Positions 37,896-48,513 of a DNA stretch of 64,000 nt are shown one piece after another. The position numbers and the translations under genes were made by a program. The first letter of the stretch is position 1, and every line of letters starts with the position of its first letter. This DNA comes from a virus. Its lineage: Duplodnaviria > Heunggongvirae > Uroviricota > Caudoviricetes. Location of the stretch: IMG/VR virus record IMGVR_UViG_2617270980_000003. The stretch is one strand, 5' to 3'. Below the pieces are notes generated by a model. It was not told where the DNA came from and ran no database searches. It saw nothing but the letters and a program-made list of their open reading frames with translations.

Positions 37896-38440
37896 TGCGC
37901 CCCCGCATCCTTACGGCACCACGCCTGAAAATCAGTGCGCCGATTGACCAGCCCTTGCGAGCGCTTACCGGCACTGTTTACAAAGTCGGTTAGACGATCA
38001 CAGACGCCGCCCCAGTTGTGAGCCTGGGCATTTTTCCAGATGGTTGTGCGCTGTTTGCGGCCCTGTTTATCGGTAAACCACATCAGGCCCGTACAACCCA
38101 CATTCAGCCCGCCATCAACCATGCTTTCGAACACCTTTTGCGGCATCGCTTCGCCGTTGAAGTTCTGGTTTACGCAGCGTTCAGAATGCTGCATATCACT
38201 AACCCACCGGCGCGCTACTTCAGCGTTGCTGTACTCGCGTTTTTCCACACCACCGGTGGAGCCGATCCCCACGGTCAACACTCCGGCGGTACAGTAATAA
38301 GGCGTGTTTCGGCAGTCTTCCCAGGAGGCTATTTTTTGCTGTGCTTCCGGCGACGTTCTCAGCGCATCGGGCGACATTGATAAGCCCAGGGCGACAATTA
38401 CGGCGATAGAGCAACGCTTAATAACCGTCTTCATCGTCAC
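37892..38440 (-). CDS. endolysin (lysozyme family) with N-terminal signal-anchor-like segment
   Basis: 182 aa in the lysis block; hydrophobic N-terminus (CSIAVIVALGLS). Confidence 0.7.
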   Translation of the reverse strand: MTMKTVIKRCSIAVIVALGLSMSPDALRTSPEAQQKIASWEDCRNTPYYCTAGVLTVGIGSTGGVEKREYSNAEVARRWVSDMQHSERCVNQNFNGEAMPQKVFESMVDGGLNVGCTGLMWFTDKQGRKQRTTIWKNAQAHNWGGVCDRLTDFVNSAGKRSQGLVNRRTDFQAWCRKDAGAQ

Positions 38441-38714
38441 CCGCCTGGAATTGCGCCAGCTTCACCCGCTCAAAATCGGTAAGCCCCCGGCGCTCGGCCT
38501 GATCAAGAATTTGCTCAATCAGTGAGTTTCGGCGGGCCTGTGCTTTCTCCACCCGCGCACGATGTACCCAGGCGCGCCAGCCTGACAGGGCACCCAAAAC
38601 AACACCGGCAACCCCCAACTTTTCATTCCACGTCATCACACCAACACCAACGCTGATGGATGAAGAAATCCAGGTAACCCAGTCCCATAGCCGGTGAAAC
38701 GAATTTAGCTCCAT
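38418..38714 (-). CDS. holin (two predicted TM segments)
   Basis: 98 aa with two hydrophobic stretches and charged C-terminus, between X and endolysin. Confidence 0.6.
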   Translation of the reverse strand: MELNSFHRLWDWVTWISSSISVGVGVMTWNEKLGVAGVVLGALSGWRAWVHRARVEKAQARRNSLIEQILDQAERRGLTDFERVKLAQFQAGDDEDGY

Positions 38715-38911
38715 AACTGCACCATCTCTTGTGCGGGCTGGGTATCAATGTCCGGCATTTCAACCACCTGCCCTGCGTTTAAAAAAACCTGCCCACTCAG
38801 ACCCGGATTGGCGGTCAATACTTCTTCAGTAACGCCTTTGGTCTTTCCGTAGTGCCGGTGGCATAGCTGATCCAGCGTATCGCCCTGTAACGCGGTGACC
38901 TTCATCAGCAC
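38705..38911 (-). CDS. X: tail protein X (LysM-like)
   Basis: ALQGDTLDQLC..YG......VL.ANPGL matches P2 gpX as recalled. Confidence 0.8.
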   Translation of the reverse strand: MLMKVTALQGDTLDQLCHRHYGKTKGVTEEVLTANPGLSGQVFLNAGQVVEMPDIDTQPAQEMVQLWS

Positions 38912-39402
38912 AACTCCGCATAAACGCGCGGCTTGCGCTGGATGTCTGCAATACCCCAGCGCGCATCACGCCAGAGATCTTCGCGTTGCAAATCCAGCGC
39001 GGCGGCGTCTTTGTCGCCTTTTGGCGTGGTATCAACGTCCCGATAACCTTCAATCACCAGGGCACGGGCAATGGAATAAACCGCGCGACGGTAGCGGTAC
39101 ACCTTCACGCTCTCGCCGTTTATCTCCACGGCGGGCACATTCTTCAGCGCCTCATAGCCCAGCCCCTGCTGATTGATCTGCCACTCTTCAAGCTGCTCAA
39201 TGACATGTGCCACGGCCTCAGTAGTGACGTGCATCAGTCGCGAAGTGGTGACACCGCCGGTAATACGCGCGGCAAGGCGCAAATCCTTCAGGTTAATGAC
39301 AGGCCAGAAACTTCCCGCCGTTACCGTGGAATCACCGTCATCAACATCAGTTACATCACTGCCAGGCGGAAACGGCGTTTTTGTGGCAACCAGGCTACTC
39401 AT
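38905..39402 (-). CDS. L: head completion/stabilisation protein L
   Basis: 165 aa at the P2 L position. Confidence 0.8.
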   Translation of the reverse strand: MSSLVATKTPFPPGSDVTDVDDGDSTVTAGSFWPVINLKDLRLAARITGGVTTSRLMHVTTEAVAHVIEQLEEWQINQQGLGYEALKNVPAVEINGESVKVYRYRRAVYSIARALVIEGYRDVDTTPKGDKDAAALDLQREDLWRDARWGIADIQRKPRVYAELC

Positions 39403-39499
39403 GAGCGCTCCTTAAAAAGTCAGGAGGTGGACACGCGGTGAAAAGACCAGTTACGGGCAGATCTCCGCGCGTGCCTCCTGTCGGTCGGGGCCGAAGTCG

Positions 39500-40324
39500 T
39501 TAAGATTCTTTTTTATCTTTCGCCGTTTTACGCGGTGCGCGTTTTTTTGCTGCCGGTTTCTCAGCTTTATCCGCGCTCGGCTTACGTTTGGTTTTCTTCT
39601 CTGCGACAACCGGCACAGGCACCGGTTGTGCTGTCGCTTCCGGTTGCGGGGCCGCCAGCTTCTTCAGCTCGCGTGAAATAGACTGCATTTCACGTTTCAC
39701 GCCCGCTGCGGGGTTCAGTTCCGTCGCACGGCGAAACAGTTTTAGCGCTTCGCCTTTTGTCTCATTGTCAGCCGTTCCACGGCGCGAGAAGGCGCGGGCC
39801 TTGCAGAGCTTGGATTGCACTTCATCCGGCATATCAGCACCGGCGACAATCTCCGCCAGTTCATCCAGCACGGTGATATAAGCCGACATATCCGCCTCAA
39901 CGTCAGTCATCGCCACGTTCAGCGCCTGGTTACTGATTTCTTCAGTCAGCATCACCGGCGCAGTACGTTTGAAGTCGTCACGCATAGACAGGCCATGCTT
40001 CACCACATAGCGCCCAATCTTGAGCGCTTGCGGGTAGTCCTGGCAGTCAATCGCCCACAGCATCATCGTGGTGATCACTTCATCCTGTCGCCCGCTGTCG
40101 CCCTCCAGAGTCCCATCAATCCAGCCCTGGTAACCCGGCAACATGTCACGCTTCATCACTGCTTTTGTTTCAGTAGACTGCACCGCTTTAAGAGAGGCCT
40201 GATCGAGGCGTAGACGATGCAAAATTTGCTCATGCGCGGTACGCACAACGCTATGTTGCGCGGCACTGTCTCCGCGTCGATCAGCCATCACTTTCTGAAA
40301 GTGTTTTTGCGCTGGGGTTAACAT
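39500..40324 (-). CDS. M: terminase small (endonuclease) subunit M
   Basis: 274 aa at the P2 M position; Lys-rich C-terminus. Confidence 0.8.
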   Translation of the reverse strand: MLTPAQKHFQKVMADRRGDSAAQHSVVRTAHEQILHRLRLDQASLKAVQSTETKAVMKRDMLPGYQGWIDGTLEGDSGRQDEVITTMMLWAIDCQDYPQALKIGRYVVKHGLSMRDDFKRTAPVMLTEEISNQALNVAMTDVEADMSAYITVLDELAEIVAGADMPDEVQSKLCKARAFSRRGTADNETKGEALKLFRRATELNPAAGVKREMQSISRELKKLAAPQPEATAQPVPVPVVAEKKTKRKPSADKAEKPAAKKRAPRKTAKDKKES

Positions 40325-40367
40325 TTTTGTCTCCAGGTGGCGGGCGCATATGCGCCCGCAATTGCAG

Positions 40368-41453
40368 TTACGCGCCCGCGTTCTCGTCAGGCTCTACGGA
40401 TAACGATGCCGGGGCGGCCTCCGCGAAGGTGATCCCGTCAATGAATGCGCATTTGCCGTAGTCTTCTACAACGAAGTCATCGTTTGAGGACTGGTAGTTA
40501 GCCACGCGGTTATATTGCGGTTCCTCTTTGATGGTTCGACGCAGTGCGCCCAACTGGTAATACACAGAGAGGTTTTTCAGCGACGTGATCAGCACACAGT
40601 CATCAGGCATGTACGGTGCGAAGACCACCGGCAGACCGCCAACTTTTTCACTGGACACAATCAACTGTGCCGCGATCAATTCGCTGTTCGGGTTGGTCTG
40701 GCTCAGGGCGTTCAGTTTCGGGAAATAGCTACTGGTCAACAGATCAGAAGACAGGATCACAACCAGATCAGGCGCTTTGCGGTGCCACGAATCCAACAGC
40801 GTGTTTTTGGCGTCAAAAACAGCCGCGTCCAGGTTGCCGTAAGTACCTTTGGCGACGATTTTGTTGTCTTCATCGCGCGCAGTCAGCGTGACTTTGCTGA
40901 TGATGCGGTGCGGGGCGTCATTGCGGATTTTCTGAAGCCAGCCAACGCCACAATCCTGCAACAGCGGATTCGTGGCACGGTCAGACACTTCAGCGTATGA
41001 CGTACCATTAAAACCAATCATGATACGGTCCAGTGCAATCTGGCGGGCGTTTGCCGCGCTGATCAGTGACTGGAAATTAGGTTGCATAGACCAGGCATCC
41101 AGCTGTGAATAGCTGGAGCTAGAGTCGTAGTTGGTTTTACGGCAGCGGTACGTGCTCGGCTCTTTAGAGTGATTGTCTACCGGGTTGCGGCGGGGGGGGC
41201 CGTCGCTGCTGTTGTTGGTACTGGCGATCGGGCCTTTGCTACCAATCAGGATTTTTTGGCCTTCCTGGGCTTTTACCGGGAATACGTTAATTTTCTTCAG
41301 AAAATCATCGCTTTCCATTGAAGCGGCTTCCATACGCTGCTGCACAGCCGGTTCAACGCTGAAGGACTTGGCGACATCATCAGAGCGCACGCCATTTAAG
41401 TTGGCTTGGCGATCGATATAGCCGTTAAAAAGTACGCGGGTACTGTTTTCCAT
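40368..41453 (-). CDS. N: major capsid protein N
   Basis: 361 aa; collinear match to P2 gpN as recalled (FNGY..R.A.LNG, PLLQD.GVGWLQK.RN.AP.R, DLVVI, NLS.YY). Confidence 0.9.
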   Translation of the reverse strand: MENSTRVLFNGYIDRQANLNGVRSDDVAKSFSVEPAVQQRMEAASMESDDFLKKINVFPVKAQEGQKILIGSKGPIASTNNSSDGPPRRNPVDNHSKEPSTYRCRKTNYDSSSSYSQLDAWSMQPNFQSLISAANARQIALDRIMIGFNGTSYAEVSDRATNPLLQDCGVGWLQKIRNDAPHRIISKVTLTARDEDNKIVAKGTYGNLDAAVFDAKNTLLDSWHRKAPDLVVILSSDLLTSSYFPKLNALSQTNPNSELIAAQLIVSSEKVGGLPVVFAPYMPDDCVLITSLKNLSVYYQLGALRRTIKEEPQYNRVANYQSSNDDFVVEDYGKCAFIDGITFAEAAPASLSVEPDENAGA

Positions 41454-41476
41454 GTGTTTTATTCTCGCTTGCGTGG

Positions 41477-42316
41477 TTAGTAATCGGCTTGTTCGACGCC
41501 GGTGTTACCGCCCTGTGCGGGCTGGCGGCTGAAAGTGCTGGCGTCCTGCTTTGCCAGTGTGTTTTTCAGGTCGGTCAGTTCGCTGGTCAACTTCTGAATT
41601 TCCTTTGCGTCGTCAGCGCGCTGGCTTCTCAGTTCCACCACCTGATCGATAAGGCCCGCCTGAGACGTGGCGACACCTTCAACCACTTCGCGCACCTGGC
41701 TGAATTGCTCACTGTCGGTTTTATGGTTTTTGGTCAGAATTTCCTTCATGCGGCTAAACCACTTGCTGCCTTCATCACTTCGCTGCTCAGCCAGTTCGAT
41801 CACTTCCGCTTCAATGGCGTCAGAGAACATCGCGCTTTCGCCCTGCTGTTTATTGAATGCCTGCACCTGCTGGCGCTGCTGGGCCGCAAACTTCAGGCGA
41901 TCAGTACCCAGACTTGCCGGGGTATCAGTCATCGCCATGCCGACAATGTAGGCCTTACCGTTCAGTGCAAATTGCGGGTGCAATTCAATACTGGAATAGA
42001 CTTTCTTACCGGCATCTGTCAGCGCTTTCATTTGCGCTGACGGTTCAATTTCCGCATATAACGCAGTGCGCCCTGCTAGCGGACCTTCAGTAATGTCCTC
42101 AGCGCTAAGCGCCGTAACATCCCCCATCGCACCAAAATCACTGCCTGGATAAGGCGAGAGATAATGTTCAACATTCACGCGAGCGCCGTAAACGTCCTGG
42201 CTATAGCTCGCGGCAGCATCACGGAGGTGATCTGGTCGAATTTCGCGACCGTCAACGGTGGCACCGGAGACGGCAACGCGGAATTTCTTCCGGGTAGGTT
42301 TGCTGGTTTCACTCAT
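41477..42316 (-). CDS. O: capsid scaffolding protein O
   Basis: 279 aa directly upstream of N, divergent from P. Confidence 0.85.
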   Translation of the reverse strand: MSETSKPTRKKFRVAVSGATVDGREIRPDHLRDAAASYSQDVYGARVNVEHYLSPYPGSDFGAMGDVTALSAEDITEGPLAGRTALYAEIEPSAQMKALTDAGKKVYSSIELHPQFALNGKAYIVGMAMTDTPASLGTDRLKFAAQQRQQVQAFNKQQGESAMFSDAIEAEVIELAEQRSDEGSKWFSRMKEILTKNHKTDSEQFSQVREVVEGVATSQAGLIDQVVELRSQRADDAKEIQKLTSELTDLKNTLAKQDASTFSRQPAQGGNTGVEQADY

Positions 42317-42389
42317 GTTCTTTCCTGCCGGTTGGTTTCTGTTTTTCCATGATGTCAGTTGCTAAGTCATTGTCTCAACGCGTTTTAGT

Positions 42390-42407
42390 TGTCAGAGACG
42401 GCCCACA
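42390..42407. promoter_or_regulatory. Ogr-type late promoter element TGT-N12-ACA in the O/P divergent intergenic region
   Basis: TGTCAGAGACGGCCCACA; shares the 18-bp stretch CGTTTTAGTTGTCAGAGA with the D/FI region. Confidence 0.5.
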
Positions 42408-42472
42408 ACCCAAACAGCGGGAACGGCCCACGCGCGCGGGTTAATCTCTCCATCGAAACGAGAGGACACCGC

Positions 42473-44197
42473 ATGATCCAGGACGCATTTGTAAGACAGA
42501 GAGCAAAGCAGCTTTACTGGCAGGGCTACCCGCCAGCAGAGATCGCACGCCTGATGGGTATCAGTCAGAACACGGTTTATTCGTGGAAAAAGCGCGACGA
42601 ATGGGACGAAACGCCCGCGATTCAGCGCGTCACACAATCTATTGATGCCCGGTTATGCCAAATCGCGATGAAACCAACAAAGACCGGCGGCGATCTGAAG
42701 GAAATCGACGCGCTCACGCGCCAGGTGAAGAAGCTGGCAGAAGGCCAACCGGCGCAACCCTTCAAGAAAGCGCGCGCGGGCAAGAAGAAAAACCACTTCA
42801 CCGAAGCGCAGATCGCCGCGCTGCGGGAAAAAATTCAGGACTCTCTGGCCTGGCATCAGCAGGGATGGTTTGAACAGCGCCAGCAACGAAACCGCATGAT
42901 CCTGAAAAGTCGCCAGATTGGCGCAACCTGGTATTTTGCCCGCGAAGCGCTATTACAGGCGCTGCGGGATGACGTTAAGCACGGATACCAACGCAACCAG
43001 ATTTTTCTGTCAGCGTCACGCCGCCAGGCGCACCAGTTCCGGGGATTCATTCAGAAGATTGCCGAAGAGGTAGACGTAGAACTAAAGGGCGGTGACAAAA
43101 TTTTGCTGTCTAACGGGGCTGAATTGCATTTTCTCGGCACGTCTGCCGCTACTGCGCAGAGCTACACCGGCAACCTGTTTTTTGATGAATTTTTCTGGGT
43201 AGGCAACTTTGCCAACCTTCGCAAAGTGGCTGGCGCTATGGCAACCCTGAAAGGGCTTACGCGCACTTACTTTTCAACGCCATCGAGCGAAAGCCACGAA
43301 GCCTACCCCTTCTGGACGGGCAAGCGCTGGAATGAGAAGCGGGCCAAGTCCAGCAGGGTAGACTTCGACACAAGCTGGAAAACGCTAAACAGCGGCCTAT
43401 TGTGCCCGGACAAAACCTGGCGGCAGATTGTCACCCTAAAGGACGTGATCGACCACGGCTGGGAGTTCACCGACCTGGAAGAAATCCAGGACGAAAACAC
43501 CCCGGACGAATACACCAACCTGTACATGTGTGAGTTCGTCAGAGAAGGCGAGGCTGTTTTCTCACTCAATCAGCTACTGACGTGTGGCGCGGACGGCTAC
43601 GACGACTGGCAGGACTGGAAACCCTACGCACCCCGCCCGCTGGGTGATCGTGAAGTCTGGATAGGCTACGACGCCAACGGCGGCAGCGGCAACGGTGACA
43701 GCGGCGCTGTTTCCGTGGTTGCCCCTCCCCTTGTCAGTGGCGGCAAGTTCCGCACGATAGAGACGCGCCAGCTACGCGGGATGGAGTTTGAAGAACAGGC
43801 CAAAGTGATCGAAGACCTGACGATGAAATATAACGTTCGACACATCGCAATTGACGGCACCGGCATCGGTGAAGCGGTCTGGCAACTGGTCAAAAAGTTC
43901 TTCCCGGCTTCGGTCTGTTTCATAATGTCGCTGTCATCAAAGCGCACCCTGGTACTGAAAATGCAACAGGTGATCCGCGCGGGGCGCTGGGAGTATGACC
44001 GCAGTGAACAGGCGCTAGTGTCAGCATTCAACGCTGTCAGAAAGATCACCACCCCCGGCGGACAAGTCACTTATGACACCGACCGCGCGCGCGGAGTCAG
44101 TCACGGCGACTTAGCCTGGGCCAATATGCTGGCAGTCATCAACGAGCCGCTTGGACGCGAGAACGGCGGCGGCGGTAGTTTCGTTATGGAGTTTTAA
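42473..44197 (+). CDS. P: terminase large (ATPase) subunit P
   Basis: About 574 aa; ATG at 42473 with GAGAGGA upstream; ORF-track TTG start at 42389 lies inside the promoter element. Confidence 0.9.
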   Translation: MIQDAFVRQRAKQLYWQGYPPAEIARLMGISQNTVYSWKKRDEWDETPAIQRVTQSIDARLCQIAMKPTKTGGDLKEIDALTRQVKKLAEGQPAQPFKKARAGKKKNHFTEAQIAALREKIQDSLAWHQQGWFEQRQQRNRMILKSRQIGATWYFAREALLQALRDDVKHGYQRNQIFLSASRRQAHQFRGFIQKIAEEVDVELKGGDKILLSNGAELHFLGTSAATAQSYTGNLFFDEFFWVGNFANLRKVAGAMATLKGLTRTYFSTPSSESHEAYPFWTGKRWNEKRAKSSRVDFDTSWKTLNSGLLCPDKTWRQIVTLKDVIDHGWEFTDLEEIQDENTPDEYTNLYMCEFVREGEAVFSLNQLLTCGADGYDDWQDWKPYAPRPLGDREVWIGYDANGGSGNGDSGAVSVVAPPLVSGGKFRTIETRQLRGMEFEEQAKVIEDLTMKYNVRHIAIDGTGIGEAVWQLVKKFFPASVCFIMSLSSKRTLVLKMQQVIRAGRWEYDRSEQALVSAFNAVRKITTPGGQVTYDTDRARGVSHGDLAWANMLAVINEPLGRENGGGGSFVMEF

Positions 44198-45258
44198 TGA
44201 ACACAACAACACATGAAAGCGGTATGACCATGCTTACTGACGGCGCGCAACAGGCTGATATTGGCGAAGCACTAAAGCGCGATCCCGCTCTGAGCGCCTT
44301 CACCTTTGATGGGCCATACCAGGTCGCGGACGCTTACGACCTACTCGACAATATGTATTGCGCCGACAACGGCAGATATTACGAAACGCCGGTGGACTGG
44401 TACGGGCTTGCGCGTTCATTCGGCAAAGCATCCTGGCACCAGTCAGCGCTGTACTTCAAGCGCAACGCGCTGGCGGGATGCTTTATTCCACACCCGCTAC
44501 TGTCTCGCCAGACGTTCTCCGCCCTGGCGCTTGACTGGTTTGTGTTTGGCAACTTCTATCTTGAAGAACGAAAGAACCGGCTAGGCGGGCGGCTACCGCT
44601 TCGCCATTCCCCTGCGAAGTACACCCGGCGCGGCACCGACCTGGACACGTACTGGTTTATCAGGCAGTGGAAAGACGAATGCGCCTTTGAAACCGGCACA
44701 GTTTGCCACGTGCTGAACCCCGATATTCACCAGGAAATCTACGGGATGCCGGAATATATGGGCACCCTGCTGTCAGCCAGCCTGTCACACTCGGCGGACA
44801 TGTTTCGCAAAATGTACTATGAGAACGGATCTCATGCTGGCTGCATTCTTTACATCGGCACATCACAGGTAGATGACGCTGGTGTAAAACAGATACAGCA
44901 AACACTGGCAGGAGCCAGGAACAAAGGCGCATTTAAGAACGTAGTGATCCACGCACCAGGCGGCGGCAAAGATGGGGTACAACTGATGCCCTTCAGCCAG
45001 ATATCTGCAAAGGATGAGTTTTTAAATATTAAATCAGCTACGCGTGATGACATCCTTGCCGCTCACCGCGTACCACCGCAACTGATGGGGGCCATGCCGG
45101 ACGGCAACGGCTCATTCGGTGATATGGAGAAAGCCGCGCGCGTGTTTGCCATCAACGAACTGATGCCAGCAATGGAAGCACTGAAGCACGTCAACGACTG
45201 GCTTGGCGAAGAAGTGATCCGCTTTAAACCTTACGCCCTGCTTGAATCCACCAAATAA
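44197..45258 (+). CDS. Q: portal protein Q
   Basis: 353 aa immediately after P, start overlapping P stop. Confidence 0.9.
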   Translation: MNTTTHESGMTMLTDGAQQADIGEALKRDPALSAFTFDGPYQVADAYDLLDNMYCADNGRYYETPVDWYGLARSFGKASWHQSALYFKRNALAGCFIPHPLLSRQTFSALALDWFVFGNFYLEERKNRLGGRLPLRHSPAKYTRRGTDLDTYWFIRQWKDECAFETGTVCHVLNPDIHQEIYGMPEYMGTLLSASLSHSADMFRKMYYENGSHAGCILYIGTSQVDDAGVKQIQQTLAGARNKGAFKNVVIHAPGGGKDGVQLMPFSQISAKDEFLNIKSATRDDILAAHRVPPQLMGAMPDGNGSFGDMEKAARVFAINELMPAMEALKHVNDWLGEEVIRFKPYALLESTK

Positions 45259-45419
45259 CCACACCGCCGCCAGTCCGGCGGCGCTCTTAGCATCACATCA
45301 ACACACGGCGCGCCAGCGCCATTCTAAGCGCCCCATCATCTAAACACGCCATTACCCGCACACAACACACAGAACGCAGCAGCGCGCCAGAATTGCGCCA
45401 ATTTCCCTATATTTGAGGC

Positions 45420-45470
45420 ATCCCCCTACCCACCCGCCGCGCGGGCTTTCCCCCCGTCACCTGCGCGCAA
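45420..45470. other. putative P2-type cos region
   Basis: GC-rich GCGGGCTTTCCCCCCGTCACC about 180 bp beyond Q stop; its reverse complement resembles the P2 cohesive end GGCGAGGCGGGGAAAGCAC as recalled. Confidence 0.3.
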
Positions 45471-45663
45471 CGAACACTCGTGTTTTCGTGCACTTGCAGA
45501 TCCACCGCCAGCCCCCGCAGATCCTGCCTCGATAATCCCAAAAAGGGGCTGATTTTATTGTGCATTTTTGCGCACAATCGTGCATCACTTTACTCTATTG
45601 AAAAGTAACCTCATGCCTAGTTATGATGCCGTTAAATCATTAAATAAATGAGGAAAAGAAATT

Positions 45664-47013
45664 ATGCGATTGACCGCTCCTGTTAAAGCGTTCTCAGATG
45701 GTTTTAGTACAGCAGATGACATATTTGGACGTAAAAAACTTCATGACATCATCATGCGGGTAGCAACAAATGCCCCAGATAAAAGTCTTGTACTTGCGCT
45801 CAATGATGAATGGGGTAACGGAAAAACCTCATTTGTAAAAATGATGTCATCAGAAATAAATAAAAACCATGCTGACAACTTTGACGTTATTTACTTTGAC
45901 GCTTTTGAAAATGACTATCAATCAGACCCATTTGTAGCCTTAACATCAAAAATTTATTCACTCATAAAAAAAGAAGATGGAAAGCTTAAAAACCTCGGGA
46001 AAGAGTTATTATCCATTGGTAAAAAACTAGGCGCGTCATTCGCACTTAATGGTGCAAAATTTGCCGTAAGCACTTTCACAAGTGGATTAGTCTCAGGTAA
46101 CGCACTGGAGAAAGCAAGTGATGCCATCAGTGACTCTCTCACATCACCTATTGAAGAGTACATTGAAGAAAAAATAAAAACGAGCGAGAGTGAGTTAGCA
46201 ACAATTGAGCAATTTAGAGCATTGCTGACCAAGATTCACACTGAGTGTGGGAAAAAAATAATATTTATAATTGATGAGCTAGACAGGTCGCGACCTGATT
46301 TTTCCCTTGACTTGCTAGAGAAAATAAAACATATATTTTCAGTGGAAGGTTTTGTTTTCTTACTAGTAGTTAACCGTGAGCAGTTTGAAAAAAGTATAGA
46401 GTGTAGATATGGGAGCATAAATACAAGATTATATTTAAATAAATTTATTCATTATTGGTTTACTCTTCCTAAAAAAAGTATGCTCTCAGTAGGCTGCCGA
46501 GCAGGCTATGAACGTTCAACGTTAACACAATATCTCCTGTCGTTAGATCAAGGGAATGACATACTGATTCGGAATGGTTCTCTCGTAAAAACCCTCGCGT
46601 ATCTTCTAGAAATGAATAACTGTTCACTGCGAGAGGCTGAGCGTTGCTATTCAACATTCGCAATAATGAACGACCCCAGCGAAGTAAATTCCTACCGACA
46701 TGAAATATTTCATGTTGCCATCGCACTAGTTGCTTTCTTGAAAATATTCAACCAATCCTTACTCATGGAAATATTAAACAAAAAACTGACAGAAGATGAG
46801 ATATTTAAACGATTATCAATTCCTGTAAACCTTGTCGATGTTTCTGAGATTTATTATATTGCAATATTGTTAAAATACCACTTAGCCACCGATGAAGAAC
46901 TACGTTCCTCTGATATGCTCACTGAGTACGCATTCATGGCTGTAATACCTGGACAACGAGTCAAATGGTTTGAAATGATGTATGAGAAGATCGAAGGCTT
47001 TGATATTAACTGA
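45664..47013 (+). CDS. KAP-family P-loop NTPase (soluble; no TM insert evident), cargo in P2 old/tin hotspot
   Basis: Walker A LNDEWGNGKTSF and Walker B IIFIIDELDR; AT-rich; own SD (GAGGAAAAG); lies between cos/Q and gene A on the opposite strand to A. Confidence 0.8.
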   Translation: MRLTAPVKAFSDGFSTADDIFGRKKLHDIIMRVATNAPDKSLVLALNDEWGNGKTSFVKMMSSEINKNHADNFDVIYFDAFENDYQSDPFVALTSKIYSLIKKEDGKLKNLGKELLSIGKKLGASFALNGAKFAVSTFTSGLVSGNALEKASDAISDSLTSPIEEYIEEKIKTSESELATIEQFRALLTKIHTECGKKIIFIIDELDRSRPDFSLDLLEKIKHIFSVEGFVFLLVVNREQFEKSIECRYGSINTRLYLNKFIHYWFTLPKKSMLSVGCRAGYERSTLTQYLLSLDQGNDILIRNGSLVKTLAYLLEMNNCSLREAERCYSTFAIMNDPSEVNSYRHEIFHVAIALVAFLKIFNQSLLMEILNKKLTEDEIFKRLSIPVNLVDVSEIYYIAILLKYHLATDEELRSSDMLTEYAFMAVIPGQRVKWFEMMYEKIEGFDIN

Positions 47014-47292
47014 TAAGCCATATTATCTTTTATCTCTATTTTGAAGCAATAAAACTAGAAGTAAACTCTAAAAAGCCGCCAATCCCGGCGGTCTTTGAAG
47101 GGCATTACAATTTCGTGGCGCTCAGTTATACATGGATTCTTAGCAAGGACCAAGCCGCGACACACTACATTGTAGCTCCCCGCTATGTGATTTGAAGTTG
47201 CTGGCAATCAAAAAATGCTCCCTTTAGTACCACTAATTTTGTAGAGTATGGTTAACTTTGAAAAGTTGTAATACGTCAACTAAGGAACAGCG

Positions 47293-48444
47293 ATGTCATC
47301 AGAAAAAACAATAGAACGTTTCGTTGCAGCAGATGTTAGCGGTGCAATCTGGTTACGATTAAAACGATTAATGAGTGCGCAGCTCTGTAAGAAAATAATA
47401 GAAAATAATCATCCGTCATTGCAAGAGGATGTATTGATTAAAAAATCCATTGGAATGTCCTCCGCAATACGAAGTGCAATCGGATATTGGGAGACTGAAA
47501 ATGGCGGACTCAATTCAAAAATTTTATCCAGATATTATGCATTATTACAGATAAGCTTAGCTGAACAAATATCATCAGGGGATCCTAACGACGATTTAAA
47601 AAATGTTCAAAAGCATACGGTTTCAGGTCATGGGCTATTCACACAATCTGTTGAAAATGAAACATTCCCAGACAATATAAAAATAGGCTGTCTTAAAAGT
47701 GGACATTTTTATTCATATGCAAAGCATATAGGAATTGATATCAAACAGTATGCAACAGAAAGACGTCCAAAAAAAGATGAAGATTTAGACCCATCACGCA
47801 CCTATTCTTTAACTGATTTATTAAAACGAATTCCAGAATTAAGACCGCTTTTACAAGAAACTTTCGGTGAAGATCCACTTTCATTCCAAATTGGACAAGC
47901 AAGTAGAAACATGCTCTTAAGATCAAGGAATCAGTCACTCGGTGGCCTATCGCGTCCTAAACCAGAGTTCTCAGGTTTTACATATGCCGCAATTTATCCC
48001 AAAGGTAGCGATGTAACAGCAGAAGAGCTTAATTCTTACAACATTGGAATAAAAAACATTGAAATTGAGTCAGAAGAAAACCTCACAAAATATGACCAAC
48101 CATATTTTGTAGGAGAAGTCCATCACCCTGAAGATGAGCTATGGTGGGATTATGTCACGACACACAAATCTGGTTATTGTGGAACGAGTGTAATTGTCCC
48201 ATTTTGGGGAACTCAAGATCCCTTTGTATTACACTTAGTCGTATTATATACATTAAGCATTATAGTCAGGTATCTCCCTGACACTTGGTATGAGATTGAG
48301 CATGGCAAACTTGATTATATTAATTCCCTTTTGGAAAATTATTTAGCTATTTTTGATAGTGTACTGCCTAAACTTGCGGTTGAAAGATTAACGAAAGTTC
48401 ATTTGGTAGTAACAGCACCCGATAGCATGAATTCCCCTATCTAA
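47293..48444 (+). CDS. hypothetical protein, 383 aa, no recognised domain; hotspot cargo
   Basis: Long AT-rich ORF with SD (AAGGAACAG), preceded by its own AT-rich intergenic region and a hairpin after the KAP gene. Confidence 0.6.
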   Translation: MSSEKTIERFVAADVSGAIWLRLKRLMSAQLCKKIIENNHPSLQEDVLIKKSIGMSSAIRSAIGYWETENGGLNSKILSRYYALLQISLAEQISSGDPNDDLKNVQKHTVSGHGLFTQSVENETFPDNIKIGCLKSGHFYSYAKHIGIDIKQYATERRPKKDEDLDPSRTYSLTDLLKRIPELRPLLQETFGEDPLSFQIGQASRNMLLRSRNQSLGGLSRPKPEFSGFTYAAIYPKGSDVTAEELNSYNIGIKNIEIESEENLTKYDQPYFVGEVHHPEDELWWDYVTTHKSGYCGTSVIVPFWGTQDPFVLHLVVLYTLSIIVRYLPDTWYEIEHGKLDYINSLLENYLAIFDSVLPKLAVERLTKVHLVVTAPDSMNSPI

Positions 48445-48513
48445 CCACTTTCAGAATAACAAGATTTTTTACAACACCTTGTTATTCTGAAACTTATACC
48501 TTACAACACATTA

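Noticed and set aside
41192-41199. G8/C8 homopolymer inside capsid gene N, considered as a frameshift or phase-variation site
   Set aside because: The reading frame is intact across it and the flanking protein sequence stays collinear with P2 gpN, so there is no evidence of a shift; it remains only a potential slippage hotspot
42389-42472. ORF-track N-terminal extension of terminase P (apparent TTG start); similar non-ATG extensions at 25272 (D), 12463 (H), 27492 (T) and 53075 (dam)
   Set aside because: The extensions begin with TTG or GTG inside promoter or overlap regions, while a downstream ATG or GTG with a good Shine-Dalgarno fits gene spacing better
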